Source: Anthoceros angustus (taxonomy: Eukaryota > Plantae > Anthocerotophyta). From it: 64,000 bases of DNA. How positions within the stretch are numbered: position 1 is the first letter of the stretch; every line of letters begins with the position of its first letter. The position numbers and the translations under genes are program-made. Below the pieces are notes generated by a model. The model was not told where the DNA came from and did no database searches. It saw only the letters and a program-made list of their open reading frames with translations. Shown piece after piece: positions 20,036 through 31,599 of the stretch. The DNA lies in the NCBI GenBank assembly GCA_010909165.1, contig MU008207.1:186001-250000 (forward strand). Reading direction: 5' to 3'.

Positions 20036-22716
20036 TCAAGGCACCCCCTTTTCACACGAACATAGGCCGTCTTTGAAGCAGTGGACATGGTGTGCATCCC
20101 TAACTATGATCTCTCGCTGTTCAATCCGTGATATGAGCTTCGTGCCGCCGTGACAATGGTCACACATTCGAAGGTTCTTTGTGACTGTCAACGTTGTACC
20201 CTGAGGTGTGTTCAGGAGACCGAATGCCAGAGCTAGTTTCTCTGCATGCCCACACAAGGCATCATCAGAAGCTGCCACTGCTTCACCCTCCTTCTTGCTC
20301 CACAAGAAGCTGCTTGTGTCGGCTTTTATCTGCAAATTGAGACCCTTGAGCCTGGAAGAAAGATCTTCCCTCCTCTCCCCCACACTGAACTCGTGCAGTG
20401 TGCCATCCACTTGGATCACGGCCCTCGCAGGCTTCTTCTGACCGCCAGAACATGTGAGCAAGGTTGTGATGTGATCCACATCATCCCACCTCCCAGCTTC
20501 TGCATAAATGCTTGACATGAGAGCATAGCCAGCAGCTCCTTGAGGTTCCAACTTGACCAGGCGATCAAAGGCGCGCCTTGCCATGTCCACACTACCATAC
20601 TTCCTGCAGGCAGTCAGCAAACATGTCCATGCCACATTATCGGCATCCAATGGCCTGGATTGCAGCACACTTTCTGCCTCACTCAACCGGCCTGCACGAG
20701 CCAGCAGATCAACCACGCAAGTGTAATGCTCGGGTGCAGGGTGGATCCCATGCTCTCCTGTCATGCTGGTGAAGATCCGCTGGCCCTCATCCACCATGCC
20801 AGCACGACTGCAGGCATTCAAAAGCGACATGAATGTGGCAGCATTGGGCCTCACACCCGCTTGTTGCATGCGATGAAAGCAGGTCACCGCCGATATCCAA
20901 CTGTTGTGCTGGGCATAGCCGTTTATGAGAGCTGTCCATGTCACCACATTTCGGGTGGACAGTCTGTCAAACACAGCTTGGGCATCCACCAGGCTCCCAC
21001 ATTTGGCATATGTGTCCACCAACGTGTTTCCAACACACGCATTGCTTTCCAGGCCCTGCTCTAGGATCTGATCATGAACCTGCTTTGCCTCTCGAATGTC
21101 TCCCAGATTGCCACATGCTTTGAGGACACTCACGAATGTGAAACCATTTGGAGATACGCCACCCTCTTGTTGCATTCTGGAATACAGCTCTAGGGCTTCC
21201 TCGTTGAGCCCATGCTGTACATATCCTGCAATCACGGAGGTCCACATCACAACATCCTTGCACCACGAAGTGTCAAACACCTTGCGTGCATCCTGCAGGC
21301 TCCCGCACTTGGCATAAGTATCCATAAGGATGCTTCTGAGGAAAGCATCCGACCCTATTCCTTTTCCCAGAATGTGGCCATGAATCCACTTCACCTCCTC
21401 AAGGCTTCCCATGTTGCCACACGCTTTAAGCAGGCTCAGAAATGTGATTCTGTCTGGCACCACACCATCCACCTCCATTTCTGCATACAGTCCAAGAGCT
21501 TCCTGATCCAGCCCATGGCCAGCGTATCCCGCCACCATCGCATTCCATGCCACCACACTTCTGGGCCACAACCTGTCAAAGACTGTGCGTGCATCATCCA
21601 CGCTTCCACATTTTGCATACATATCCACCAAGGTGCTGCCCACAAACACATCTGCTTCATGTCCGCTTTCCAGGATGTCAGCATGAATGCGCTTACCTTC
21701 CTGGATGGCGCCGACACTGCCACAGGCTTTCAGTATGGATGCGAAAGTGACCTTGTCTGGTATAATGCCAGCTCGCTGCATGCTCCCATAAAGTTCAATG
21801 GCCTCATGACCCCGACCCTGCTGAGCATATCCGGTGATCATAATGCTCCACGTCATCAAATCTCTGGCTGGCAATGTGTTGAACACTGTCCGAGCACTGC
21901 TCAGACTTCTACATTTAACATACATGTCTACCAGGGCATTTCCCACAAACACATTTGACTGGAGCCCGCTGTTGGTGAGTTGAGCATGAACCAACTGGCC
22001 TGATGCCAAGTCTGATGCATGTGCACACGCTTTTAGAACAGCAACAAACATGTGAGCATCGGGCTTGACATAAGACTGATGCAGCATCTGCTTATACAGC
22101 TTGATACCATTTGCTGCTTGTCCATGGTCGGCATTCGCTGAGATCATTGCTGTCCAGACAAACCTACTGGGAGCCACCAGCCTACTGAACAATTGGTTGG
22201 CCTCCAGCAAACTTCCTTGAGTGGCATACATGCGGATGATGTGGCTAGCTAGATATATCTCATGCCCACTTCTCACAGCGAGGGCATGCACACGCCTTCC
22301 CAGGTCAACATCTTTCCTCGCAATGCTCTCCTTGAGAAGGTGTAGTAACCTGTCCAGTAAAACCTGGGAGTCCTGCACGCACCCCAGTCCCTGCAGGGCC
22401 TCATGGAGCTGTCCAGCATCACACAGCGTGCTCCAGGCTTTAGGATCCAGAATGGTGGTAGGTGACGACCTGAAGAGAAAAGTGGCATCCGTGATTTGAG
22501 CGAGTTGGGCATCATAACACCTAAAACCCCATGATCCTGATAAGCATACCTGACAGGTTCTTCCCGTGCTGCTCTGCCTTCAGCAACCGTGTGCACTGTG
22601 TGTGAAGGCAATGTGACTGTCTCTGTAAGCTCCCTCTTTGCCCCCTGATTCTGAAGGAGGTTTTGTGTCTGTGAGAATCCCCAACACTGCAACTGCAACG
22701 GCGGAGAAGCATCCAA
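20036..22716 (-). CDS. Two-exon PLS-class PPR protein with DYW:KP domain ending CSCEKGVP
   Basis: Model: complement(join(20036..22469,22550..22716)) with an 80-nt GT-AG intron at 22470-22549. Splicing joins MDASPP...EEPVR to SSPTTILDPKAWSTLCDAGQLHEAL in frame with the 780-aa ORF. Contains KKPARAVIQV, HAEKLALAFG and KNLRMCDHCH. Confidence 0.9.
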
Positions 22717-23989
22717 AGGCCCAGTTCTTTACCTTGCTCCACCAGTTGTCCCAACACTGCCACTGCCACTGCGACGCAACGGCCTGCTCATCTGCAATAC
22801 AAGATTAAGTGGCCTCCTTACGTTAGATCAAATGTCACGGCGACCACGGACAGGCTTCAACACAGCACTTCATGATGAACCCAAGTCACTCACCGCCCTG
22901 TCTGCGGCGCTCGTACAGTCCCGAGCTCCGAAGGCTTGATAGCCTTGTTTTGCATTCCTGCTCGATGCTGGGGGAATTGCATTTGCTGCTGGCCTTCTGC
23001 TTCAGGCACGAGGCCAGCTTCAGCTTTACAGGTCCGCGCAGGGGATCAGGGCTCGGGCACTTCATTCTGCCACATCGTAAGAAGATTTTCACAAATCAAG
23101 CAACCACCAAGCTCTTTTTTGTTTTTGGACTTGTTCCCGGGTCCCGATTCCTATGCTCATGGGCTTGAGCGATGCAATCCCTTTTGGATCGGAACCCATT
23201 CACAGTGTCGGGGAAATCCTAAGACTCGGAGGAAATGGCTGGATCCTTGTCGATTCCCAGCAGCAGCAATTCGATTCCGTGCTGCTCTGCCTTCAGCAAC
23301 CGTGTGCACTGTGTGTGAAGGCAATATGACTGTCTCTGTAAGCTCCCTCTTTGCCCCCTGATTCTGAAGGAGATTTTGTGTCTGTGAGAATCCCCAACAC
23401 TGCAACTGCAACGGCGGAGAAGCATCCAAAGGCCCAGTTCTTTACCTTGCTCCACCAGTTGTCCCAACACTGCCACTGCCACTGCGACGCAACGGCCTGC
23501 TCATCTGCAATACAAGATTAAGTGGCCTCCTTACGTTAGATCAAATGTCAATGTCACGGCGACCACGGACAGGCTTCAACACAGCACTTCATGATGAACC
23601 CAAGTCACTCACCGCCCTGTCTGCGGCGCTCGTACAGTCCCGAGCTCCGAAGGCTTGATAGCCTTGTTTTGCATTCCTGCTCGATGCTGGGGGGATTGCA
23701 TTTGCTGCTGGCCTTCTGCTTCAGGCACGAGGCCAGCTTCAGCTTTACAGGTCCGCGCAGGGGATCAGGGCTCGGGCACTTCATTCTGCCACATCGTAAG
23801 AAGATTTTCACAACTCAAGCAACCACCAAGCTCTTTTTTGTTTTTGGGCTTGCTCCCGGGTCCCGATTCCTATGCTCATGGGCTTGAGCGATGCCATCCC
23901 TTTTGGATCGGAACCCATTCACAGTGTCGGGGAAATCCTAAGACTCAGAGGAAATGGCTGGATCCTTGTCGATTCCCAGCAGCAGCAAT
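22564..23989. repeat. ~710-bp direct tandem duplication (22564-23270 / 23277-23989) of the interval between two divergent PPR genes
   Basis: Near-identical copies; the second has a 6-bp TCAATG insertion and a few substitutions. Duplicated ORFs are visible in the ORF track. Confidence 0.93.
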
Positions 23990-26668
23990 CTGAATCTGGA
24001 CCCTTTGGGCCGCAGTGATGCCGCCTTGATCTGTAAAAGCCGGACACGAGCGCCCAACAGCAGCAAGCCCGAGGATGTCCTGCTCTGCATGGACCAGAGG
24101 GGTAGTGTGCCCTCGGTCCAGGAATACAGGAATCTTTTGCAGCAGTGCATCCAGGACAATTCTTTGTCCGGAGCCAGGCGAGTGCGTGCTCACCTGGCTA
24201 GGAACGGGCTGGAGCTGCACAGATATTTGGGGGAGTCTGTGGTGAACGCCCTGGCCAAATGCGGCAGTATGGTCGAGGCTGTGCAGCTTTTCCACCGGTT
24301 GTCACGTCCAACTACCTTCTCCTGGACAGCACTCATTTCAGGCTACACCAGAGCCGGCCAAGCTGAGGAGGCCCTGAGGATGTACCGCCAGATGCAGGAG
24401 AAAGGTGTGCAGCCTAACACGATCACGTTTGTCAGCTTGCTCAAGGCTTGCGGGAGCCTGGAAGACCTGGATGAAGGCCACCGTGTGCATGCCCACGTTT
24501 TGAGATGCAACTGTGAGTCTGATTTGTATGTGGCAACGGCTTTGGTTGATATGTATGCCACATGTGGAAGCATGGCCGATGCTCGCCGCGTCTTTGACAC
24601 TCTGGCCGAGCCTGATGTGGTGGCATGGACGGCAATGATTGCAGGATATGCCCAGCACCAGGAAGGACACCTAGCTCTGCAGCTTTACGCCCAGATGCAG
24701 GAGGTCGGCGTGTCACCGGATACCTGGACTTTGGTGAGCGTGCTCAAGGCATGTAGTAGCGTTGCTGACACAGAAGAAAGTGTTCCTGCAGCATTTCAAG
24801 AGGGGCAGGAGCAATACATCAAGCCGAACACTCTGCGCAAGTGCAGGGCAATTCATGCTCAAATTGTGCACCTGGGGTATGAGGAACATGAGTACATCGG
24901 GAGCTCTCTGGTGAGTATGTATTCCAAGTGTGGGAGTTTGACAGATGCGCAGGCAGTGTTTGACAATCTGTCCCGCCGATCTGTGGTCTCATGGAATGCC
25001 ATTCTTGCAGCATATGTCCAGCAGCTTCAATGTGAGAAAGCGCTACAACTGTACACCCAAATGCAGCAGCAGGCTGAAGCCGGAATAGGAGCAGGAGCCC
25101 CACCTCCAGAAATGAGGACTTTTGTAAGTGTGCTCAAAGCATGTGGCAGCCTTGCTGCCTCAGAGGCCAGTTTGGTTATTGATGGGCAACATATCAAAGT
25201 GGAGTCGCTGCAAAAGGGAAGGGCACTGCATGCTGAGGTTGCTCGTTGGGGTTACGGGTCAGATGTATTCGTGGGGAGCACTCTTGTCAGTATGTATGCA
25301 AAGTGTGGGAGCATCCGGGATGCACAGCTTGTGTTTGACACATTATCTGTGCGCAATGTGGTGTCATGGAATGCCATGCTGGGAGGCTACGCTCAGCAGG
25401 AGCAAGGAGAGATGGCTTTACAAGTATATGGCCAAATGCTGGAAGCTGGCATCACACCAGATGCGTGGACCTTTGCCAGCGCCCTGAAAGCGTGTGGTGG
25501 CCTTGCAGGCTTGGAGGAAGGCGTGCAGGTAGATGGGCGCTACATCAAGGTGGAGACGCTGCAGAAGGGCAAAGTCATACACGATGAAGTGGCTGGGCAT
25601 GGGTGTAAGTCGGATCTGTTTGTGTGCAATGCTCTTCTGAGCATGTATGCAAAGTGCGGGAGCCTGGTTGATGCGCAGAATGTGTTTGATGCCTTGCAGG
25701 AGCGTGATGTGGTGTCATGGAGCTGCATAATCACAGGATATGCACAGCAAGAAGACAGCAGTGACAAGGCCTTGCAGCTGTATGCACTCATGCGGCAGGC
25801 AGGCGTGAGAGCAGATGAAGCTACTTTTGTAGGTGTTCTAAGAGCTTGTGGCAACGCAGGGGCCCTGGACAGGTGTGGTGAGGCCCACCGAGATGTTGTG
25901 GACAGCGGACTTGAAGGGAATTTGTGTGTGGCCAACTCTCTGATTCATGCATATGGCAAATGTGGGAGCATGATGGATGCCCAGGCTGTGTTTAACACAC
26001 TGCCCCAGCCCAGTGTGGTGTCGTGGAGCGCTTTGATTGCTGGATATGCCCGGCAAGGGAACTGTGAGATGAGCTATCAAAGTTTTGAGGACATGGTACG
26101 AGCAGGCATGATGCCTGATGGGGCTACATTTCTTTCACTGCTGTCTGCATGCAGTCATGCGGGCCTGGTGGACAAAGGCCTGGAGTACTTCGAATCCATG
26201 AGCAGAGATCACGGTGTGAGGCCAGCCAGTGAGCATTACGCTTGTTTGGTGGATCTGGTGGGTCGAGGAGGACTGTTGAGCAAGGCGGAGAGTCTCATCA
26301 TGGACATGCCCATAGAACCTAGCCTGTCCTTGTGGATGTCGGTGCTTGGAGCCTGCCGGAATCATGGCAATATTGTGCTGGGCAGACGGGCCTTTGATAG
26401 GGCAGTGGAGGTTGCGCCAACACATGGTTCAGCATATTCGCTCATGTCAAACATGTATGCCCATGCTGGCATGTGGGAGTGCATGCTGGAAATTGAAGAG
26501 TTGCGGCAGCAAGCAGGTGCGTGGAGGAAGGTTGGGCAGAGCTGGCTGGAGCACAATCAGGAGGTGCATTCATTTGTGGCAGGAGGAGGAGATGGCACAC
26601 AGGAGAGCAGTCATGTACATAGACTGGTGGATGAGCTGACTTGGAAGCTGAAACAAGGTGAGGTGTGA
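23954..26668 (+). CDS. PLS-class PPR protein with elongated (LL-type) L motifs, E1/E2/E+, no DYW
   Basis: 904-aa ORF. Three L motifs carry long insertions (e.g. SLAASEASLVIDGQHIKVESLQKG). Ends WRKVGQSWLEHNQEVHSFVAG... without HxE or CxxC. Confidence 0.93.
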   Translation: MAGSLSIPSSSNLNLDPLGRSDAALICKSRTRAPNSSKPEDVLLCMDQRGSVPSVQEYRNLLQQCIQDNSLSGARRVRAHLARNGLELHRYLGESVVNALAKCGSMVEAVQLFHRLSRPTTFSWTALISGYTRAGQAEEALRMYRQMQEKGVQPNTITFVSLLKACGSLEDLDEGHRVHAHVLRCNCESDLYVATALVDMYATCGSMADARRVFDTLAEPDVVAWTAMIAGYAQHQEGHLALQLYAQMQEVGVSPDTWTLVSVLKACSSVADTEESVPAAFQEGQEQYIKPNTLRKCRAIHAQIVHLGYEEHEYIGSSLVSMYSKCGSLTDAQAVFDNLSRRSVVSWNAILAAYVQQLQCEKALQLYTQMQQQAEAGIGAGAPPPEMRTFVSVLKACGSLAASEASLVIDGQHIKVESLQKGRALHAEVARWGYGSDVFVGSTLVSMYAKCGSIRDAQLVFDTLSVRNVVSWNAMLGGYAQQEQGEMALQVYGQMLEAGITPDAWTFASALKACGGLAGLEEGVQVDGRYIKVETLQKGKVIHDEVAGHGCKSDLFVCNALLSMYAKCGSLVDAQNVFDALQERDVVSWSCIITGYAQQEDSSDKALQLYALMRQAGVRADEATFVGVLRACGNAGALDRCGEAHRDVVDSGLEGNLCVANSLIHAYGKCGSMMDAQAVFNTLPQPSVVSWSALIAGYARQGNCEMSYQSFEDMVRAGMMPDGATFLSLLSACSHAGLVDKGLEYFESMSRDHGVRPASEHYACLVDLVGRGGLLSKAESLIMDMPIEPSLSLWMSVLGACRNHGNIVLGRRAFDRAVEVAPTHGSAYSLMSNMYAHAGMWECMLEIEELRQQAGAWRKVGQSWLEHNQEVHSFVAGGGDGTQESSHVHRLVDELTWKLKQGEV

Positions 26669-27717
26669 GGGATGGAGGCTGGAGGCTCGAGGAATCGGGT
26701 GGTGGGAATCTATGGCAAAGTAATACATCTCATCATTCTCCTTGATAAGCTTGGATAAGCTTGACGCAGCTTGGGTTGTTCGCCATGAAAGGGAGCCGAG
26801 GGAGGGAGCTAGTCAAGCTTCCACCCGCTCCACACGAAATGCACACTAAACTGTATTGCCAAAGAGACCAGCAGCTGATGAGCAGGAAAGCAGGAGTGCA
26901 GATCGCATATAAGGCAGAAATCCACAAGATCAGGACGCCGTGGTAACTGGTTCATACCTGTGGTGGCCATCGCTCGGAGCGTGTTGCACAGACACTCGCA
27001 CGAACCTGTGGAGATGTAGGCTGTCTGTAGGGTCTTTCCTGCAGGGCATGCATTCCCGAAGGCCTTCTACCTTTACAGTGCTATGCAAGAAGAAAAGCGT
27101 CGCTGCATCAGTTCTGTGTCTCCTGCTGGCATGTGCAAACTCGAAGGCATCTCACCCCATGTCCTCCGGGGGAAAATGCCGCTAGCATGAGAGATCCTTC
27201 TAGTGACGATATCATTCTGACCACACTTGTCAAACAGACTATGAACCTGCTAGAACCTGTCACACCCTTCGCATGCGCGCTCAAATCAAAACTAGTACTA
27301 TGGCAGGCTGGAAACCCATCAGCTTCATGTCCTTGTTGTTGGATCTGCCCTACCAAGGTCCACCTCCCCAGCGCCCGGGATGCTTGGATAAGCAGCGAGT
27401 GCAGCACCACATATGGCGGAAATGAATCGTCCTTTGACGATCATCCGGACACTGTTGTCACCAACACAGACATGTCCATTGGCGACGAGTCAGTCTTGTA
27501 AGAGAATACCTCGCCCGTCTCCATGCTGCTAACCTATAGGAATGCCAGTTCGTAGAATGGCTGGGTTCCACATACTCATGTTGTACCTAGAACGGAAGGT
27601 GTGCATGGAGACCTCATGCCTTGTGGCTGATGTAAGTGGGCAGAGAATGAGGACTAATCCTGCCACGGCCTGAGTAGTTTCTTGTTTGCCTCATTTTCTG
27701 AGAGCGGTGCCTGAAAC

Positions 27718-30700
27718 ATGGCCACAGTGTGGCAACCGGATCCGTTGTGGACCCAACAAGGTGGTGAGTGTACAAGGATTCTACGAGAAGCTCCCACTGA
27801 CCTCACCTTATGGAGCCAACCGCTTGGAAACATCCAAGCCTGCAGGTGCAGCAGTGTACGGAACCCAGCACTTCGACTACTTCCGAGAAAATTTGTGGGT
27901 GGGGAAGGATTTTCCAGCAATGGTCGTCGCGAGGAGCAGGAGCGCTTGTGGCAACAATTTTTTCTGGATCCTACCATGTGGTGGGACAACAGGCAAGATA
28001 AGAAGAGTTCCCGTTCCCCTGACTTCCGGCGGAAGGGGTCCAGCGGTGAGGTCCTATGGTTAAACAGCATGCTCAAGCCAGCTTGGGTAGATGAGCAGCT
28101 TCTTTCTTTGGATGTGAGGATGGGTCATGGTGGTAGCTGTCCTTCCAAGTCGAGTTCTTGGGATAAGCCTGATGCTAATCGGCGTGAAGGTTCGGGTATG
28201 GGCGTCGTGACGGCTGTGACCGTGAGCATGTTATGTCAACAGGGGAAGCTTACTGAGGCAGTTGGAGCCCTGGAATCTCTCGCGCAGACAGGCTCTGGTA
28301 TTTCTCAGTCTCTGTTTTACACTGTGCTAAAACTGTGTACAGCTAAGAAGGATTTGGTTGTGGGGCGACGAGTTCATGATCTCACTGTCAAACTTGGGTA
28401 CGAGTCGAATGCATACTTGGGAAACCACATCTTGCGCATGTATGCATGTGGAGGTAGGCTACAGGAGGCCTTGGATGTGTTCACCAGGGTAGGCAAACCA
28501 GATGCGTTCATGTGGTTTTCCATAATCTCCGCACATGCTAAACATGGGAAACCTAACGAGGCCATACAACTGTACCATGAGATGCGTCGGTCAGGCGTGA
28601 AGGCGGATGGACATGTCTTTGCAGCTGCCCTTCAAGCATGTGCATTTGCCACCGACTTGGAGTGTGGGAGAAAAGTGCACTGTGATGTGTTGCACAGTGG
28701 CATTCCACTTAATTTGTTTGTTGGCACCTCCCTGGTGGACATGTATGCAAAATGTGGGGAACTTGAAGATGCACGTACGGTTTTTGACAGCTTGGTCACA
28801 AAAGATGTGGTGACATGGACGTCCCTGCTTGCTGGGTATGCAAATCATGGGTTCGGCCACGAGGCGCTTGTTCTGTACGGACAAATGCAGACGGAGGGCC
28901 TGATTGTGGCTGATCTTTTTACTTTTTCTTGCCTTCTCAAGGCCTGTGCAAGTGCTGGTGCCTTACAGAAGGGCAGGCAGCTGCACTTCAGATTGTGGAA
29001 ACAGGACACCTGACAACAAGCTTGTGGGCACCTGCCTGGTGGACATGTATGCAAAATGTGGCGAACTGGAAGATGCACGCCAGGTTTTGACAGCTTGGCC
29101 ACAAAGGATGTGGTGACATGGACGGCCCTGATAGCTGGGTATGCAAATCATGGGTTTGACACAGGCGCTTGTTCTGTACGGACAAATGCAGACGGAGGGC
29201 CTGATTGTGGCTGATCTTTTTACTTTTTCTTGCCTTCTCAAGGCCTGTGCAAGTGCTGGTGCCTTACAGAAGGGCAGGGAGCTGCACTCACAGATTGTGA
29301 AAAGAGGACAGCTGCATGACATGGTGTTGGGCAACGGCCTGGTGGACATGTATGCGAAATGTGGTGAACTGAAAGATGCACGCCAGGTTTTTGACAGCTT
29401 GGGCAGAAAGGATGTGGTGACATGGACAACCCTGATTGCTGGCTATGCACAGCAAGGGCTCGCCCAGGAGGCTCTTGTTCTGTATGGACAAATGGAGGAG
29501 GAGGGCCTGATTTTGGCTAACCATGTTACTTTTGCTTGCCTTCTGAAGGCCTGTGCAAGCACTGGTGCCAGAAGGGCAGGCAGCTGCACTCCCAGATTGT
29601 CGAAAGAGGTCAGCTGAACAACATAGTGTTGGGCAATTGCCTGGTAGACATGTATGCAAAATGTGGTGAACTGAAAGATGCACGCCAGGTTTTTGACAGC
29701 TTGCCTAGAAAGGATGTGGTGACATGGACAGCCCTGCTTGCTGGGTATGCACAGCAAGGGCTCGGCCAAGAGGCGCTTGTTCTGTACGGACAAATGGAGC
29801 AAGAGGTCTTAATTTTGGCTAACGATGCTACTTTTGCTTGCCTTCTGAAGGCCTGTGCAAGCACTGGTTCCTTACAGAGGGGCAGGCAGCTGCACTCACA
29901 AATCGTGGACAGAGGACTGCTAGATAACATAATGGTTGGTACCGGCTTGGTGGACATGTATGCTAAATGTGGCGAAATGGAAGATGCACGCAGGGTTTTT
30001 GATAGCTTGGCCACGAAGAATGTGGTAACATGGACGGCCCTCATAGCTGGGTATGCAAAACGTGGCGAACTGGAATGTGCACGCCAGGTTTTTGACAGCT
30101 TGGCCACAAAGGATGTGGTGATATGGAATACACTGATTGCTGGGTATGCAGATCAAGGGCTGGGTCAAGAGGCGCTTCTTCTGTATGGACAAATGCAACA
30201 GGAGGGCCTGATTGTGGCTGACCATGTTACCTTAGCTTGCCTTCTGAAGGCCTGTGCAAGCGCTGGTGCCTTACAGAAGGGCAGGCAGCTGCACTTCCAG
30301 ATTGTGGAAACAGGACACCTAGACAACAAGCTTGTGGGCACCTGCTTAGTGGACATGTATGCAAAGTGTGGCGAGCTGGAAGATGCGCGCAAGGTTTTTG
30401 AGACCTTGGCCACAAAGGATGTGGTGACATGGACGGCCCTGATTGGCGGGTTTGGTGCTTGTGATGAAGGTCACAATGCACTAGCTTGTTTTGAGGAGAT
30501 GTTAGTCGCTGGTATTCAGCCTGATGATGCTACTTTTACTTGCCTTTTAGCAGCATGCAGTCATGAGGGACTCGTGAATGAGGGCCGTAAATACTTTGAT
30601 TCCATGCTCGAACGGCATGGCATCAAACCTACTATTGAGCATTACAATTGCATGATTGATCTTCTTGGGCGTGCAGGCCATTTAGATGAGGCTGAGAACA

Positions 30701-31335
30701 TGCTTTTGTCATGTGAGAGCCAAAACAATATTGTGGGGTTGACGTCTTTGCTGAACGCCTGCAAAAGTCACGGGGATATTGAGAGGGCGACACGGTGTTT
30801 TGAGAGTCTGGTTAGTCTGGAGCCTCAGAGTGCATCCGCATATGTGCTCATGGCCAATGCCTATGCGGATGGAGGAAGATGGACCGATGTAGACAGGATT
30901 GAAACACAGAGAAGGGTAGCAAGAGCTAATAAGAAACCTGCAGTGGCGGGTATTGAGGTGAAGGAGCAGGTACACACATTTGTGGTAGGAGAAAGCACAG
31001 ATGACATTGCGCTCAAGGTAGAGAGCACGAATGCGCGGCTGAAGCAGGAAGGGGGACATGTACCGCAGACAAAGTTGGTATTGACGCCATTGTCTGAGAA
31101 GGAAAAGGAAGACCTGCTTTGCGGGCATGCTGAGAAGCTAGCTCTCGCGTTTGGTCTCTTGAACACTCCGAGAGGCACGCCTCTGGTGGTAACGAAGAAT
31201 CTGCGCATGTGCAGTGACTGCCACAGTTCCACAGAGATCATGTCAAGGGTCGAAAAAAGAGACATTGTTGTGAGGGATGGGTACCGTGTGCATCGATTCG
31301 CGGCTGGTTGTTGCAGTTGTAAGGGTCGACCGTGA
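27718..31335 (+). CDS. PDF-motif / PLS / E1-E2 / DYW:KP protein ending GRP; frameshifts at ~28990-29010, ~29155 and ~29570 (pseudogene or consensus error)
   Basis: The 5' ORF 27718-29013 has the PDF motif and first PPR motifs. The 3' ORF 29536-31335 ends NKKPAVAGIEV...HAEKLALAFG...KNLRMCSDCH...CCSCKGRP*. The breaks are short deletions relative to neighbouring repeat units. Confidence 0.85.
27946..28113 (+). other. OSB-type PDF motif
   Basis: LWQQFFLDPTMWWDNRQDKKSSRSPDFRRKGSSGEVLWLNSMLKPAWVDEQLLSLD, in frame with the downstream PPR motifs. Confidence 0.85.
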
Positions 31336-31599
31336 GAATGAAGAACTAGCCAGTGCTGCTTTCTTCTTCTGAGGGGTGAAAATGGTTGCTTAGCTCCATC
31401 CCTGTTCAAACTGAGCCAGATAAAACGGATCCACCCCCCTTTTCATGACACAAAATTCTGAATTCAGTGAACCTCCTCCTGTATGGAGAGAAGGGAGGGG
31501 CAGCTAGGAGCTGATTGCAGGTGAGACTGCAGGCCATTACTACTTGCAAACCGAGAAGGAAGGGAGAAAGAAGGTGCGGCATCTGCGGAAGGCAATCCC

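Noticed and set aside
26700-27650. Possible small gene between the E+ gene and the PDF-GRP gene
   Set aside because: Several short ORFs on both strands, but no recognisable domain or consistent splice model.
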